Of a DNA stretch of 64,000 bases, positions 19,806 to 31,184 are shown piece by piece. Positions within the stretch are counted from its first letter, which is position 1, and every line of letters begins with the position of its first letter. Position numbers and translations under genes: made by a program. Source of the stretch: Anaeromyxobacteraceae bacterium (GTDB taxonomy: Bacteria > Myxococcota > Myxococcia > Myxococcales > Anaeromyxobacteraceae); NCBI GenBank assembly GCA_047602405.1, contig JASGHJ010000002.1:3232001-3296000 (forward strand), in the 5' to 3' direction. The notes beneath the pieces are model-generated. The model was not told where the DNA came from and ran no database searches. It was given only the letters and a program-made list of their open reading frames with translations.

Positions 19806-20036
19806 CCCGGCCGGGAATCCGGTCGCTCCGACGCCTGCCGGGGTCCACGACGCAATGGGACGAGATCACGAAGGATTTCGTTCCCGATCCCCCACACACA
19901 CCCACCGTAAATCCTACCCGGGGGCCCGGACCCTTCGGGGCGCTTCCGGACCGCGACATCCGTGTCGTGGCGAGGCGCCACGATCGGGTTTTTCGAGGGG
20001 GGTTCCGCTAGGTTCGGGTGAGGAGTCCGCCGACCC

Positions 20037-20729
20037 GTGATCCCACTCAAGGATGACAACCCCATCGACCGCACACCGGTCGTCACCTACGCCCTCGTCG
20101 CCGCGAACGTGGCCGCCTGGCTGCTCTGGCAGTGGCCGATGGGCGTGCAGGAGTCGGTGCTGCGGGGCGGCGCGATCCCCTACGAGATCTACACCTTCTC
20201 CGACGTCGAGCTGCGCGACGTGGTGCGGCCGCCGTTCACGATCTTCACGAGCATGTTCCTCCACGGTGGGTGGATGCATATCGCGTCCAACATGCTCTTC
20301 CTCTGGATCTTCGGGAACAACGTCGAGGACGCGCTCGGACGGGCGCGGTTCGTCGCGTTCTACCTCGCCTCCGGCGTCGCCGCGGCGCTCGCGCAGATGG
20401 TGGTGATGATCCTGACCGGCGAGATCTACACGCCCATGGTCGGCGCGAGCGGCGCGATCGCCGGGGTGCTCGCGGCGTACCTCGTGCTCTTCCCGCACGC
20501 GCGGGTGCTCACGCTCGTCATCGTCGTGTTCTTCCCCCTGCGCACCGTGCTACCGGCGTTCCTGCTCATCGGGTTCTGGTTCGCGACCCAGGTGTTCTCG
20601 CTGCTCTTCGGGAGCGGCCAGTCCGGGGTCGCGGTCATGGCGCACGTCGCCGGCTTCGTCGCCGGCTTCGTGCTCGTCCGGGTGATGGGCCGCCGGCCCG
20701 CGTGGCGGGCGCGCCGGGTGGCGTGGTGA
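20037..20729 (+). CDS. Rhomboid family intramembrane serine protease
   Basis: MIPLKDDNP, TSMFLHGGWMHI, GASG, AHVAGF. Confidence 0.95.
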   Translation: MIPLKDDNPIDRTPVVTYALVAANVAAWLLWQWPMGVQESVLRGGAIPYEIYTFSDVELRDVVRPPFTIFTSMFLHGGWMHIASNMLFLWIFGNNVEDALGRARFVAFYLASGVAAALAQMVVMILTGEIYTPMVGASGAIAGVLAAYLVLFPHARVLTLVIVVFFPLRTVLPAFLLIGFWFATQVFSLLFGSGQSGVAVMAHVAGFVAGFVLVRVMGRRPAWRARRVAW

Positions 20730-20745
20730 GACGCGCCGCGGTGAG

Positions 20746-21774
20746 CTACAGCAGATCGCCCTGCTTGCCCCGCGGACGCTCGCGGCCCAGGTGCTCGTAG
20801 GCCGCCGGGAGCGCCACGCGGCCGCGCGGCGTGCGCGCGAGGTAGCCCTCGCGCACGAGGAAGGGCTCGTAGACGTCCTCGATGGTGCCGCCCTCCTCGC
20901 CCACCGCCGCCGCGACGGCGTCGATGCCCACCGGGCCGCCGCCGAAGACGTCGAGCACGACCGCGAGGATGCGCCGGTCCATGGCGTCGAGCCCCTTCGC
21001 GTCGACCTCGAGCCGCGACAGCGTCCGCTCCACGATCTTGCGGGTGATGTCGCCGTCGCCCTCGACCTGGGCGAAGTCGCGGGCGCGCTGCAGCAGCCGG
21101 ATCGCGATGCGGGGCGTGCCGCGGGCGCGCCGCGAGAGCTCGTCGGCGGCCTCGCGCTCGACGGGGACACCGAGCTTCCGGGCCGCGCGCTCGGCGATCT
21201 CGCGGAGCTCCGCGGGCTCGTAGTAGGCGAGCCGCTCCTGGATGGGGAACCGGTCGCGCAGCGGGCTCGCGAGGAGCCCGGTGCGCGTGGTGGCGCCGAC
21301 GAGGGTGAACCGCTCGAGCTTCATCTCCATCGTCTGCGCGCCGAGGCCCGCGCCCAGCACGACGTCGAAGCGGAAGTCCTCCATCGCCGGGTAGAGGGCC
21401 TCCTCGACCGCGGGCGAGAGCCGGTGGACCTCGTCGATGAAGAGGATGTCGCGCGGCGCGAGCGCGGTGAGGAGGCCGGCGAGGTCGCCCTTCTTCACGA
21501 GGGCGGGGCCGCTCGTCACGTGCAGCGCGACGCCGAGCTCGCGGGCGAGGATGTGCGCGAGCGAGGTCTTGCCGAGGCCGGGAGGCCCGGAGAGGAGGAC
21601 GTGGTCGAGCGCCTCGCCGCGCGTGCGGGCGGCGCGGGCGTAGACCTTGAAGTTCTCGACGATCTTCTCCTGCCCGACGTACTCCTCGAACGTCGCGGGC
21701 CGGAGCGACTGCTCGAGCCGCTCCTCCCCGTCCTTCGCGCCGGGGGACACCTCTCGCACGGGCTTCACCGTCAC
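20746..21774 (-). CDS. ruvB: Holliday junction branch migration helicase RuvB
   Basis: [38 protein letters not shown]. Confidence 0.98.
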   Translation of the reverse strand: MTVKPVREVSPGAKDGEERLEQSLRPATFEEYVGQEKIVENFKVYARAARTRGEALDHVLLSGPPGLGKTSLAHILARELGVALHVTSGPALVKKGDLAGLLTALAPRDILFIDEVHRLSPAVEEALYPAMEDFRFDVVLGAGLGAQTMEMKLERFTLVGATTRTGLLASPLRDRFPIQERLAYYEPAELREIAERAARKLGVPVEREAADELSRRARGTPRIAIRLLQRARDFAQVEGDGDITRKIVERTLSRLEVDAKGLDAMDRRILAVVLDVFGGGPVGIDAVAAAVGEEGGTIEDVYEPFLVREGYLARTPRGRVALPAAYEHLGRERPRGKQGDLL

Positions 21775-21856
21775 GGCGCGAGGGTATCACGGGGGGCCGA
21801 CTGCGCCGGCCAACCCGGCGTGGGTGCCCCGGCGGAACGAGGGACGCCGGCGGCGG

Positions 21857-22447
21857 TCAGCCACGCAGCCGCTTCAGGGCCTCGCGGAGGAGCTCGTCGA
21901 GCCGCTTGCCCTCGGCCTCGTCGCGGAGCGCCTCGCGCACCTGCTCCGCCTGCGCGGGCTTGTAGCCGAGGTTGACGAGCGCCTGCTCGAGCTGGTCGAG
22001 CACGCCGCCGCCGGCCTTCGGCGCCGGGCCGGCCGCGCGCGCGAGGACCGCGAGCTTCTCCTTCAGCTCGACGACGAGCCGCTCGGCGGTCTTCTTGCCG
22101 ACGCCGGGGACCTTCGTGAGCCGGGCGACGTCGCCTTGCGCGATCGCCTGGGCGAGGTCGCGCGGCTCGATGCCGGAGAGGATGTTCTGCGCCGCGCGCG
22201 GGCCGACGCCCTTCACCTCGATGAGCGCGCGGAACACCGACTCCTCGTCCTCGGTCGCGAAGCCGAAGAGATCGATCGCGTCCTGCTTCACGTTCGTGTA
22301 CGTGCGCAGCGTCGCCTTCGCGCCCGCGCCCGGGAGCGCCGCGGAGGTGGCGGCCGAGACGTGCACGAGGTAACCGACCCCGCCCACGTCGATGACGAGC
22401 CGCTCGGGGTCTTTCTCGAGGAGGGTGCCGGTGAGCCGCGCGATCAC
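21857..22447 (-). CDS. ruvA: Holliday junction DNA-binding protein RuvA
   Basis: [40 protein letters not shown]. Confidence 0.97.
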   Translation of the reverse strand: MIARLTGTLLEKDPERLVIDVGGVGYLVHVSAATSAALPGAGAKATLRTYTNVKQDAIDLFGFATEDEESVFRALIEVKGVGPRAAQNILSGIEPRDLAQAIAQGDVARLTKVPGVGKKTAERLVVELKEKLAVLARAAGPAPKAGGGVLDQLEQALVNLGYKPAQAEQVREALRDEAEGKRLDELLREALKRLRG

Positions 22448-23073
22448 GGGGCGGCCCTCCGGTGGTCGCGGCGCGACGGCCGGAGCCGGGCGAGCACCTC
22501 CGGCGGCGGCTTCGCGGCGCGGGGCAGCGTGCGGCCGCGGGCGGGCGCGGCGGCGGCCGGCCCGGCCCCGCGGGCGCCCGGCGCGGCGACGCGGGCGGGC
22601 ACGGCGGCGAGCGCGCGGCGGCGGGAGAGGTGGCAGACCGCGATGGCGAGGGCGTCGGCCTCGTCGGCGAGGCGCGGCGTCGCGCCGAGCAGGAGGCGGG
22701 CGGTGCGGAGCATCTGGTCCTTGGAGGCGCGTCCACTGCCGGTGAAGGCGAGCTTCACCTCGGCGGGCGCGTACTCGTGCACGACCAGGCCGGCCTGGGC
22801 GGCCGCCGCGAGCGCGACCCCGCGGGCCTGGCCGAGGACGAGCGCCGAGCGGGCGGAGGTGCCGGAGAAGACCTGCTCGACCGAGACCTCCTGCGGCCGG
22901 GTGCGCCGGATGAGCTCGGAGAGCCCGGTGAGGATGGCCCCGAGGCGCTCCGGCATGGGCCGGTCCCCCGGGGCGAGGACGCCGGACTCGAGGACCACGA
23001 GGCGCCCGCCTTGACGCGCCACGACACCGTAGCCGCAGCGCCGGGAGCCGGGGTCGATGCCGAGGACGATCAC
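22444..23073 (-). CDS. ruvC: Holliday junction resolvase RuvC with Ala/Pro/Arg-rich C-terminal tail
   Basis: [50 protein letters not shown]. Confidence 0.96.
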   Translation of the reverse strand: MIVLGIDPGSRRCGYGVVARQGGRLVVLESGVLAPGDRPMPERLGAILTGLSELIRRTRPQEVSVEQVFSGTSARSALVLGQARGVALAAAAQAGLVVHEYAPAEVKLAFTGSGRASKDQMLRTARLLLGATPRLADEADALAIAVCHLSRRRALAAVPARVAAPGARGAGPAAAAPARGRTLPRAAKPPPEVLARLRPSRRDHRRAAP

Positions 23074-23184
23074 GGCGCGAATGTAGCAGACGGGCCGGAC
23101 GGGGCGAGGAAACCGGCGCGGTCCGGGGCTCCGCCGGTGTACGATCCGCCTCGAGCGCCCCTGTCTCCCGCTGGACCCCATCCG

Positions 23185-23643
23185 ATGACTCCGGAACCCG
23201 ACGCGCGCCGCACCGCCATCATCCTCTGGGGAGCCCTGCTCTCCGGCTGCCTCGCCTTCTTCGGCGTCGCGGCGTACCTGCGCGCGAGCGGCGCGATGGA
23301 GCACGCGACGGTGCCGCCCGCGCTCGGGCTGCTCGCGCTTGGACTCTCCGTTGCCCTCCTCGCGGCGTCGTTCGCGGTGCCGCGTCGGCTCGCCCCCGGC
23401 GGCCCGCCCGAGACGGTCGCGCGCGTGCGCCTGCTCGTGGGATGGGCGCTGCGCGAGGCGGCGGCCATGCTCGGCACGACCGTGTGGCTCGTGTGTGGGC
23501 ACGTGCCGGCGCTCGCGGCGTTCGTGATCGCGGTCGCGGCGCTCGCGGCCACGGCGCCGACCGAGGCGCGCTGGCGGGACGCCCTGGCGGCGGCCGGCGA
23601 TCGCGCGCCGGGCGGGCGGCAGCCCGGGCCCGCCGCGCGCTGA
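23185..23643 (+). CDS. Hypothetical four-TM membrane protein
   Basis: Four hydrophobic segments (IILWGALL..., [13 protein letters not shown]); high third-position GC. Confidence 0.7.
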   Translation: MTPEPDARRTAIILWGALLSGCLAFFGVAAYLRASGAMEHATVPPALGLLALGLSVALLAASFAVPRRLAPGGPPETVARVRLLVGWALREAAAMLGTTVWLVCGHVPALAAFVIAVAALAATAPTEARWRDALAAAGDRAPGGRQPGPAAR

Positions 23644-23715
23644 GGACCCTGGCCGGCTGCGACCCGGCGTGTGCGCGGCTGGCGCGCGCGTGGCCGTTCG
23701 TGGTTCCCTCGGCGG

Positions 23716-25002
23716 ATGGCCGACGACGTCCACCTCGACTCCAACGTCCCCGGGAACCCCGCGTACCACTTCACCATCCTGCCCCCCGGCTCCGCCGCGA
23801 AGGCCGGGTGGAAGGAGCGCGCGCCGCTCGTCGCGGGCGCGGGCGACGCGACCCGGTGCGTCCACGCGGGCGTGCAGCCCGACCCGTCCTACGGCGCCGT
23901 GATGCCGCCGATCTACCAGACGTCCACGTTCGCGTTCCGCGACGTCTGCACGAACGCCGGCTACGACTACACGCGCAGCGGCAACCCGACGCGCGCCGCG
24001 CTCGAGGAGGCCATCGCGGTGCTCGAGGGCGGCGGCGGCGCGACCTGCACGGCGACCGGCATGAGCGCGGTGCTGGTGGCGCTGAACCTCCTGCCCGCCG
24101 GGAGCCACATCCTCGCGACCGTCGACTGCTACGGCGGCACCTTCCGGCTGCTCGAGCACGAGAAGGCGGCGCACGGGCTGGAGGTGACGTACCTCGACCT
24201 CGCCGACCTCGCGGCGGTCGAGGCGGCGTTCCGGCCGAACACGCGGATGGTGTGGGTCGAGACGCCGTCGAACCCGCTGCTCCGGCTCACCGACGTGCGC
24301 GCGGTGTCCGCGCTCGCGCGGGCGCGCGGGGCGCTGACCGTGGTGGACAACACGTTCCTCTCGCCGGTGCTGCAGAAGCCGTTCGAGCTCGGCGCGGACC
24401 TCGTCGTGCACTCGACGACGAAGTACCTGAACGGCCACTCGGACGTGGTGGGCGGGTGCGTGGTGGCGGCCGGCGGGCCCGGGCGGACGGCGCTCCTGCA
24501 GCGGATCCAGAGCGTGAACAACCTGCTCGGCACGTCGCAGAGCCCGCACGACGCGTTCCTGGTGCTGCGCGGGCTGAAGACGCTGCTCGTGCGGATGCGG
24601 GCGCACGAGGCCGGCGCGATGGTGGTGGCGCGGTGGCTCGCCGCGCACCCCGCGGTGGCGAAGGTGTTCTACCCCGGCCTCGAGAGCCACCCGCAGCACG
24701 CGCTCGCGCGGGCGCAGCAGAAGGGGTTCGGCGCGATGCTGTCGTTCGAGCTGCGGGACGGGCGGCCGGAGCGGGTGAACCACGTGCTGACGACGCTGCG
24801 CTGGTTCACGCTCGCCGAGTCGCTCGGCGGCGTGGAGAGCCTGGTGGCGCACCCGGCGTCGATGACGCACGCGTCGATGACGCCCGAGGCGCGCCGGCGG
24901 GCGGGGATCACCGACTCGGTGATCCGGCTGTCGATCGGGATCGAGGACCCCGCGGACCTCGTGGGGGACCTGGAGCGGGCGCTGGGGACGTTGCCGGGGT
25001 AG
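23716..25002 (+). CDS. metB: Cys/Met metabolism PLP enzyme (cystathionine gamma-synthase or lyase)
   Basis: PPIYQTSTF, YTRSGNPT, ETPSNP, VDNTF, HSTTKYLNGHSD, AESLGGVESL, RLSIGIE. Confidence 0.85.
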   Translation: MADDVHLDSNVPGNPAYHFTILPPGSAAKAGWKERAPLVAGAGDATRCVHAGVQPDPSYGAVMPPIYQTSTFAFRDVCTNAGYDYTRSGNPTRAALEEAIAVLEGGGGATCTATGMSAVLVALNLLPAGSHILATVDCYGGTFRLLEHEKAAHGLEVTYLDLADLAAVEAAFRPNTRMVWVETPSNPLLRLTDVRAVSALARARGALTVVDNTFLSPVLQKPFELGADLVVHSTTKYLNGHSDVVGGCVVAAGGPGRTALLQRIQSVNNLLGTSQSPHDAFLVLRGLKTLLVRMRAHEAGAMVVARWLAAHPAVAKVFYPGLESHPQHALARAQQKGFGAMLSFELRDGRPERVNHVLTTLRWFTLAESLGGVESLVAHPASMTHASMTPEARRRAGITDSVIRLSIGIEDPADLVGDLERALGTLPG

Positions 25003-25038
25003 GTGGCCCGGCTCCCGCTCCGCCCCCCTACCCCCGAT

Positions 25039-25056
25039 CCCCCCCTTCCCCAGAGG
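25039..25056 (+). repeat. Left C-rich inverted repeat flanking the RAYT gene
   Basis: CCCCCCCTTCCCCAGAGG matches the reverse complement of CCTCTGGGGTTGGGGGGG (26254-26271 and 26276-26293) at 16 of 18 positions. Confidence 0.6.
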
Positions 25057-25162
25057 TCCGCCGATTGGACGGTGGTCCGCGGAACGGCCGGCGTGCGGGT
25101 GGCGGGGACCTGGGAATCCAGGGAGTTGGGAGCGGCACGGTGCGTGGAATGCGGGGGAGGCC

Positions 25163-26053
25163 ATGACCGCTCCCCGCCAGATCCTCCCGGGCAAGACCTA
25201 CCTGTTCACCCGCCGCTGCCTGCACCGGCTCTTCCTCATGGTGCCCTCCGTGCGGCTCAACAACGCCTTCGGCTACCTCCTCGCCGTCGCCGCCCGGCGC
25301 CACAAGATCGAGCTTCACGCTTGGTGCGTCGTCTCCAACCACTACCACCTGATCCTCTCCGACCCCTTCGCTCAGCTCCCGCGCTTCGCCCAGGAGCTGA
25401 ACATGAACCTCGCGCTCTTCCTCAACACCCTCCACGAACGCTTCGAGTCGGCCTGGGCCCCTGGGAGCTACAGCGCGGTCTCGCTCGAGGACGAGGGCTC
25501 CGTCATCGCGAAGGCGGCCTACACGCTCGCGAACCCGGTCGCGGCGGGGCTCGTCGAGCACGGCAGCCACTGGCCGGGGCTCTGGTCCTCGCTCGAGGAA
25601 CTCGGCACGGGGCGCGAGTACGAGCGGCCGGAGATGTTCTTCTCGAAGGACGGGAACATGCCCGATCGCGCCGTGCTCGCGCTCGTGCCGCCGAAGGGCT
25701 TCTCGGCGGCGCGGTACCGCGAATCGGTGAAGGGCGCGCTCGCGGCGCTCGAGAAGCAGGCGGCGCGCACCGAGGACGGCGAGCGGCGCAAGTTCGCGGG
25801 GCTGCGGCGGGTGCTCCGGCAGCAGTGGTGGCAGCATCCGGCCGGGAAGGAACCGCCGAGCAAGCTCAACCCGAAGATCGCGGCGTCCGACCGGTGGAAG
25901 CGGATCGAGGCGCAGCAGCAGCTGAAGGCGTTCCAGGACGCGTACCGCAAGGCCTTCGAGCTGTTCCGCAAGGGCATGTGGAACGTCGTGTTCCCGCCCG
26001 GCACCTGGGCCATGGGCGCCGTGCTCGGCGCCGCCTGCGCCCCGCCCGTCTAG
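25163..26053 (+). mobile_element. REP-associated tyrosine transposase (RAYT, Y1 HUH family)
   Basis: PRQILPGKTYLFTRRC, HUH motif VSNHYHLIL, catalytic AYTLANPVAAGLV, WPG, C-terminal FPPGTW. Confidence 0.88.
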
Positions 26054-26246
26054 CGCGGGCCGTCCCGACCTCCGAAACTCACCGACTGCTCCGGCGGCGC
26101 CGGAGCGGTCTGCCTCCGTTTCACCGCGAAGCAGTGTCGAAAGCGGCGGCGCAAGCCGGCTCGTCGAAACTGCGCGAGCACAACGGCCGAAGCCGACGCT
26201 GAAGCCGCTCCGGGGGCCCTGCCGGCCCCGCCCGAACCCTGGAAAC

Positions 26247-26294
26247 GGGGGAGCCTCTGGGGTTGGGGGGGGGAGCCTCTGGGGTTGGGGGGGG
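26247..26294 (+). repeat. Two tandem 22-bp G-rich units; right inverted repeat of the RAYT locus
   Basis: GGGGGAGCCTCTGGGGTTGGGG at 26247-26268 and 26269-26290. Confidence 0.8.
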
Positions 26295-26313
26295 AGGCGG
26301 GGAGTATCGGGCC

Positions 26314-27573
26314 CTACTTGACCAGCCGGAGCTCCACGGTGTTCGCGGACATCCCGGTCACCTCGATCCTCCTGCCCTTCACCACCTTCTCCTCCAGCTC
26401 CGTCGCGAAGGCCTGCGAGCCGCCCTGCACCGTCGCGTCCAGGTCCGCGGTCCCGCCGCCGAACCGGCGCTGCTGGACGTCCTTCACCCCGCGGACCTCG
26501 CTCTTCAGGAACCCCACGAGGCCGTTCAGCACGCCGAGCGTCTCCACGCCGCTCGCCTTGATCGTGATCCGGGAGCCCTGGTCGAGCTGCCTCGTCCACG
26601 TCGCGAGCAGCTTCCCCTCGAGGGCGCCGGCGAGCTGCTTCGTCGCCTCCTCCGTCGCCTTCCGGCCGCAGGCGAGCGGGCTCTTGTCGTACGACCTCGC
26701 GTTCGTCTCCTCCGTCGCGAGCACCTCGCCGTTGTCGGCGTTGATCGCCCGCACCGACAGGGTCGCCGTGCACGTCGCCCCGGTCACCTTCGAGATCAGC
26801 CCGGCGCCGAGCGTCTCGGCCATGCCGGACACGTCGTGCTCCTTCGTCGCCACCACGCTCCCGGTGATCACCACGTCGCAGCCGGACAGGTTCTTGATCT
26901 CCCGGAGCTGCTCGGCGTTCAGGTCGGCGGTCACCACCCCCGCCTGCCGCACCACGCCGGCGAGCGCGTCCATGTCGATGAACGTGAACCCCTTCGGCTG
27001 CCAGAGCGACATGAACACGTTCTCGGCGACGCGCTGGTCGAGCTTCAGCCCGCCCGCGGCGGCGCCGTGGCCGCCCTGGTCGCCCCACCACGCGGCCGGC
27101 TTGATCTCGTCGATGCGCTGCTCGGCGATGAGGAGCGCCACCCGCGGCATCCCCTTGCGCCCCAGGGCGATCCCGATCGCCTCGAGGTCGTTCTCGAGCG
27201 CGTCGGCGCCGACCTTCGCCTTCACCGTGACCTGCACCGCGCCGGCCGCCTCCTTCGTCCCCGTCACCGAGTACCCGCGCACGTACCCTCGGGAGCGGGT
27301 CAGGATCCGGTCCTTCACGAGCTGCGAGTTCCTCACCTCGGTCTCGCTCGACACGAGCGTCCCGATCGCCTGCTCCACCGCGCGCCGGAGCGCGTCCTCG
27401 GTGGCGCGGTCGCGCGCGAGCGCGCGGTTGCCGCCGACGATGGCGGCCTCGCCGGTCGCCTCGACCTCGAGCGGCTCGGCGGCGGAGGCGGCGGAGGCGG
27501 ACGCGCCCGCCGCGCCCGCGAACGGAAGCGGCGCGAACGCCAGGACGCAGCACAGGGCCAGGTGAGCTCTCAT
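26314..27573 (-). CDS. Secreted FlgT N-terminal-like domain protein
   Basis: Signal peptide; VEATGEAAI...ARDRATEDALRRAVEQAIG...ILTRSRGYV. Confidence 0.75.
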   Translation of the reverse strand: MRAHLALCCVLAFAPLPFAGAAGASASAASAAEPLEVEATGEAAIVGGNRALARDRATEDALRRAVEQAIGTLVSSETEVRNSQLVKDRILTRSRGYVRGYSVTGTKEAAGAVQVTVKAKVGADALENDLEAIGIALGRKGMPRVALLIAEQRIDEIKPAAWWGDQGGHGAAAGGLKLDQRVAENVFMSLWQPKGFTFIDMDALAGVVRQAGVVTADLNAEQLREIKNLSGCDVVITGSVVATKEHDVSGMAETLGAGLISKVTGATCTATLSVRAINADNGEVLATEETNARSYDKSPLACGRKATEEATKQLAGALEGKLLATWTRQLDQGSRITIKASGVETLGVLNGLVGFLKSEVRGVKDVQQRRFGGGTADLDATVQGGSQAFATELEEKVVKGRRIEVTGMSANTVELRLVK

Positions 27574-27621
27574 GATGTGATGTCCCTCCGCCGGATCCAG
27601 GACCCCGGCGCCGGCCGCACT

Positions 27622-28491
27622 CTATCGCGAGGCCAGCCGCCCCGCGATGCCCGCCTCGCCGAGGAGCGCCTCGAGCTTCCGGAGCGGGTCCGTCCGGACG
27701 CCGCGCCAGCGCAGCGCCTCGAGGTCCTCCTCGAGCGGCACGTCGGTCCGGAGCGTCGCGAGCGTCCGGTACAGCACCGCGTCCTTCAACCCCGCCCGCA
27801 GGCTCGCGCCCAGCGCCGCGGCGCCGCGCACCGGCACCTCCCACGCCCGCTCGTCCGCCGGGATCGCCTCGAGCTTGCCCCACCGCGCGAGCACCACCGC
27901 GGCGGACTTCTCGCCCCACCGCTCGAGGCCGGGGATGCCGTCCGCGGTGTCGCCCACGAGCGCGAGCCAGTCGGGGATCGACGCGGGCGAGACGCCGAAC
28001 TTCGCGCGCACGCCGTCCTCGTCGAGCAGCTTGCGCCGGAGGCGATTGAAGCCGACCACCCGGTCGCCGCGCACGCACTGGGCGAGGTCCTTGTCCGGCG
28101 TGCACACGAGCACCTGCTCGACGCCGGGCGCCGCGGCGAACCGCGCGGCGCCGGTGGCGAGCGCGTCGTCGGCCTCGAACTCGACCATCGACCAGACCAC
28201 GACGCCGAGCGCCTGGGCCGCGAGCTCGGCGAGCTCGAACTGCGCGAGGAGCTCGGGCGGCACGCCCTCCGAGGTCTTGTACCCGTCGAAGAGCCGGTTG
28301 CGGAACGACTCGATGACGTGGTCGAACGCGACCGCGACGTGCGTGACGCCCGGCTCGCGCAGGAGCGCGGTCAGCGATTGCACGAGCCCGCGCGTGGCGC
28401 CGACCTCGTTGCCGCCCGGCCCGCGGGCGGGGGGCGAGCCGAAGTGGGCGCGGAACAGCTCGTAGGTGCCGTCGACGAGGTGGACCTTCAC
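27622..28491 (-). CDS. 5'-3' exonuclease / flap endonuclease (standalone PolA N-terminal domain)
   Basis: HLVDGTYELFRAHF, VAFD, FRNRLFDGYK, EADDALAT, DKDL, LVGDTADGIPG. Confidence 0.93.
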   Translation of the reverse strand: MKVHLVDGTYELFRAHFGSPPARGPGGNEVGATRGLVQSLTALLREPGVTHVAVAFDHVIESFRNRLFDGYKTSEGVPPELLAQFELAELAAQALGVVVWSMVEFEADDALATGAARFAAAPGVEQVLVCTPDKDLAQCVRGDRVVGFNRLRRKLLDEDGVRAKFGVSPASIPDWLALVGDTADGIPGLERWGEKSAAVVLARWGKLEAIPADERAWEVPVRGAAALGASLRAGLKDAVLYRTLATLRTDVPLEEDLEALRWRGVRTDPLRKLEALLGEAGIAGRLASR

Positions 28492-28662
28492 GTCCACCGA
28501 CGATGGCACACCGCGCCCACACAGGTACACGGAACGTGCGGAAACTCCCGCCTTCCGTGGGGCCCGTCACGGGGGCATCCCCGAACGGGATCGGTGGGGA
28601 ACGGACCCACGTTTCACGTCCACTTATAGGAGCCGGGGTTTCCTGGGCGGGGAGACGAGACG

Positions 28663-30225
<1,563 letters not shown>

Positions 30226-30229
<4 letters not shown>

Positions 30230-31170
30230 ACCTGCTCACGAAGTTCAGCCTCGCCTTCGCGCTCGTCTTCGGGACGGGCCTCGGCGTCGCGGGCGTCCTC
30301 TTCCAGCGCCAGCTGCAGGACACCGCGCGCGAGCAGGTGCTGCACCAGGCGCAGATCATGATGGAGACCGCGCTCGCGATGCGCGCCTACACGAGCGAGC
30401 AGGTGAAGCCGCTCGTCAACAAGCTGCAGGGCGCGCCGCCGCCGGAGCTCGCGCAGGATCAGGTCTTCCGCGAGCTCTGCCTGCGCAAGATGGCGGTCAC
30501 CCGCGAGTTCCGCCCGCAGACGGTGCCCGCCTTCGCGGCCACCGAGATGTTCAACTTCCTGCGCAAGAAGTACCCCGAGTACTACTACAAGGAGGCGGCC
30601 CTCAACCCGTCCAACCCGCGCAACCGCGCCTCGGACTGGGAGGAGGACGTCATCAAGGTCTTCCGCAACGAGCCCGACCTCGAGCGCTTCTCCGGCGAGC
30701 GGATGACGCCCACCGGCCCGACCATCTTCCTCGCCCGCCCGATGAGGGCCGGCAAGGGCTGCCTCGAGTGCCACTCCGCGCCCGCCGCCGCGCCGGTCGA
30801 GATGGTGAGCCTCTACGGCCCGTCCAACGGGTTCGGGTGGAAGGAGGGCGAGGTCATCGCGGCGCAGATCGTGTCGGTGCCGGTCACGGTCCCGATGCAG
30901 ATGGCGAACCGGGCCTTCAACCACCTCGTGGTCTCGCTCGCGATCGTGGCGGGCCTGACCCTCGTGCTCCTCAACGTGGTCCTCTACCTCACGGTCATCC
31001 GGCCGGTGGCGCGGCTCGCCTCCGTCGCCGACGAGATCTCGAAGGGCAACCTCGAGGTCCCCGAGCTCCCCGCCGAGGGCAAGGACGAGCTCTCCGTGCT
31101 CTCCGCCGCGTTCAACCGGATGCACCGGAGCCTCGTCGCCGCGATGCGGCTGCTCGAGAAGCCCGAGTAG
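30226..31170 (+). CDS. DUF3365/Tll0287-like periplasmic c-type heme sensor with HAMP domain
   Basis: ATGA overlap with kinase; TM, YKEAALNPSNPRNRA, CLECH heme motif, NGFGWK, TM, HAMP ending at the C-terminus. Confidence 0.88.
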
Positions 31171-31184
31171 CGGGAGAGGCCGCC

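Noticed and set aside
25132..25148. Sigma-54 promoter for the RAYT gene (CGGCACGGTGCGTGGA)
   Set aside because: The -12 position is GG instead of the required GC
25028..28570. Very long ORFs in the track (1180 aa here; also 40536-44747, 40978-44742, 22444-25194 upstream part)
   Set aside because: Arg/Gly/Pro-rich shadow frames of real genes, expected at this GC content
28534..28643. tRNA gene
   Set aside because: No GTTC-RA T-loop, no D-loop GG in place and no proper acceptor stem; kept only as a generic structured candidate
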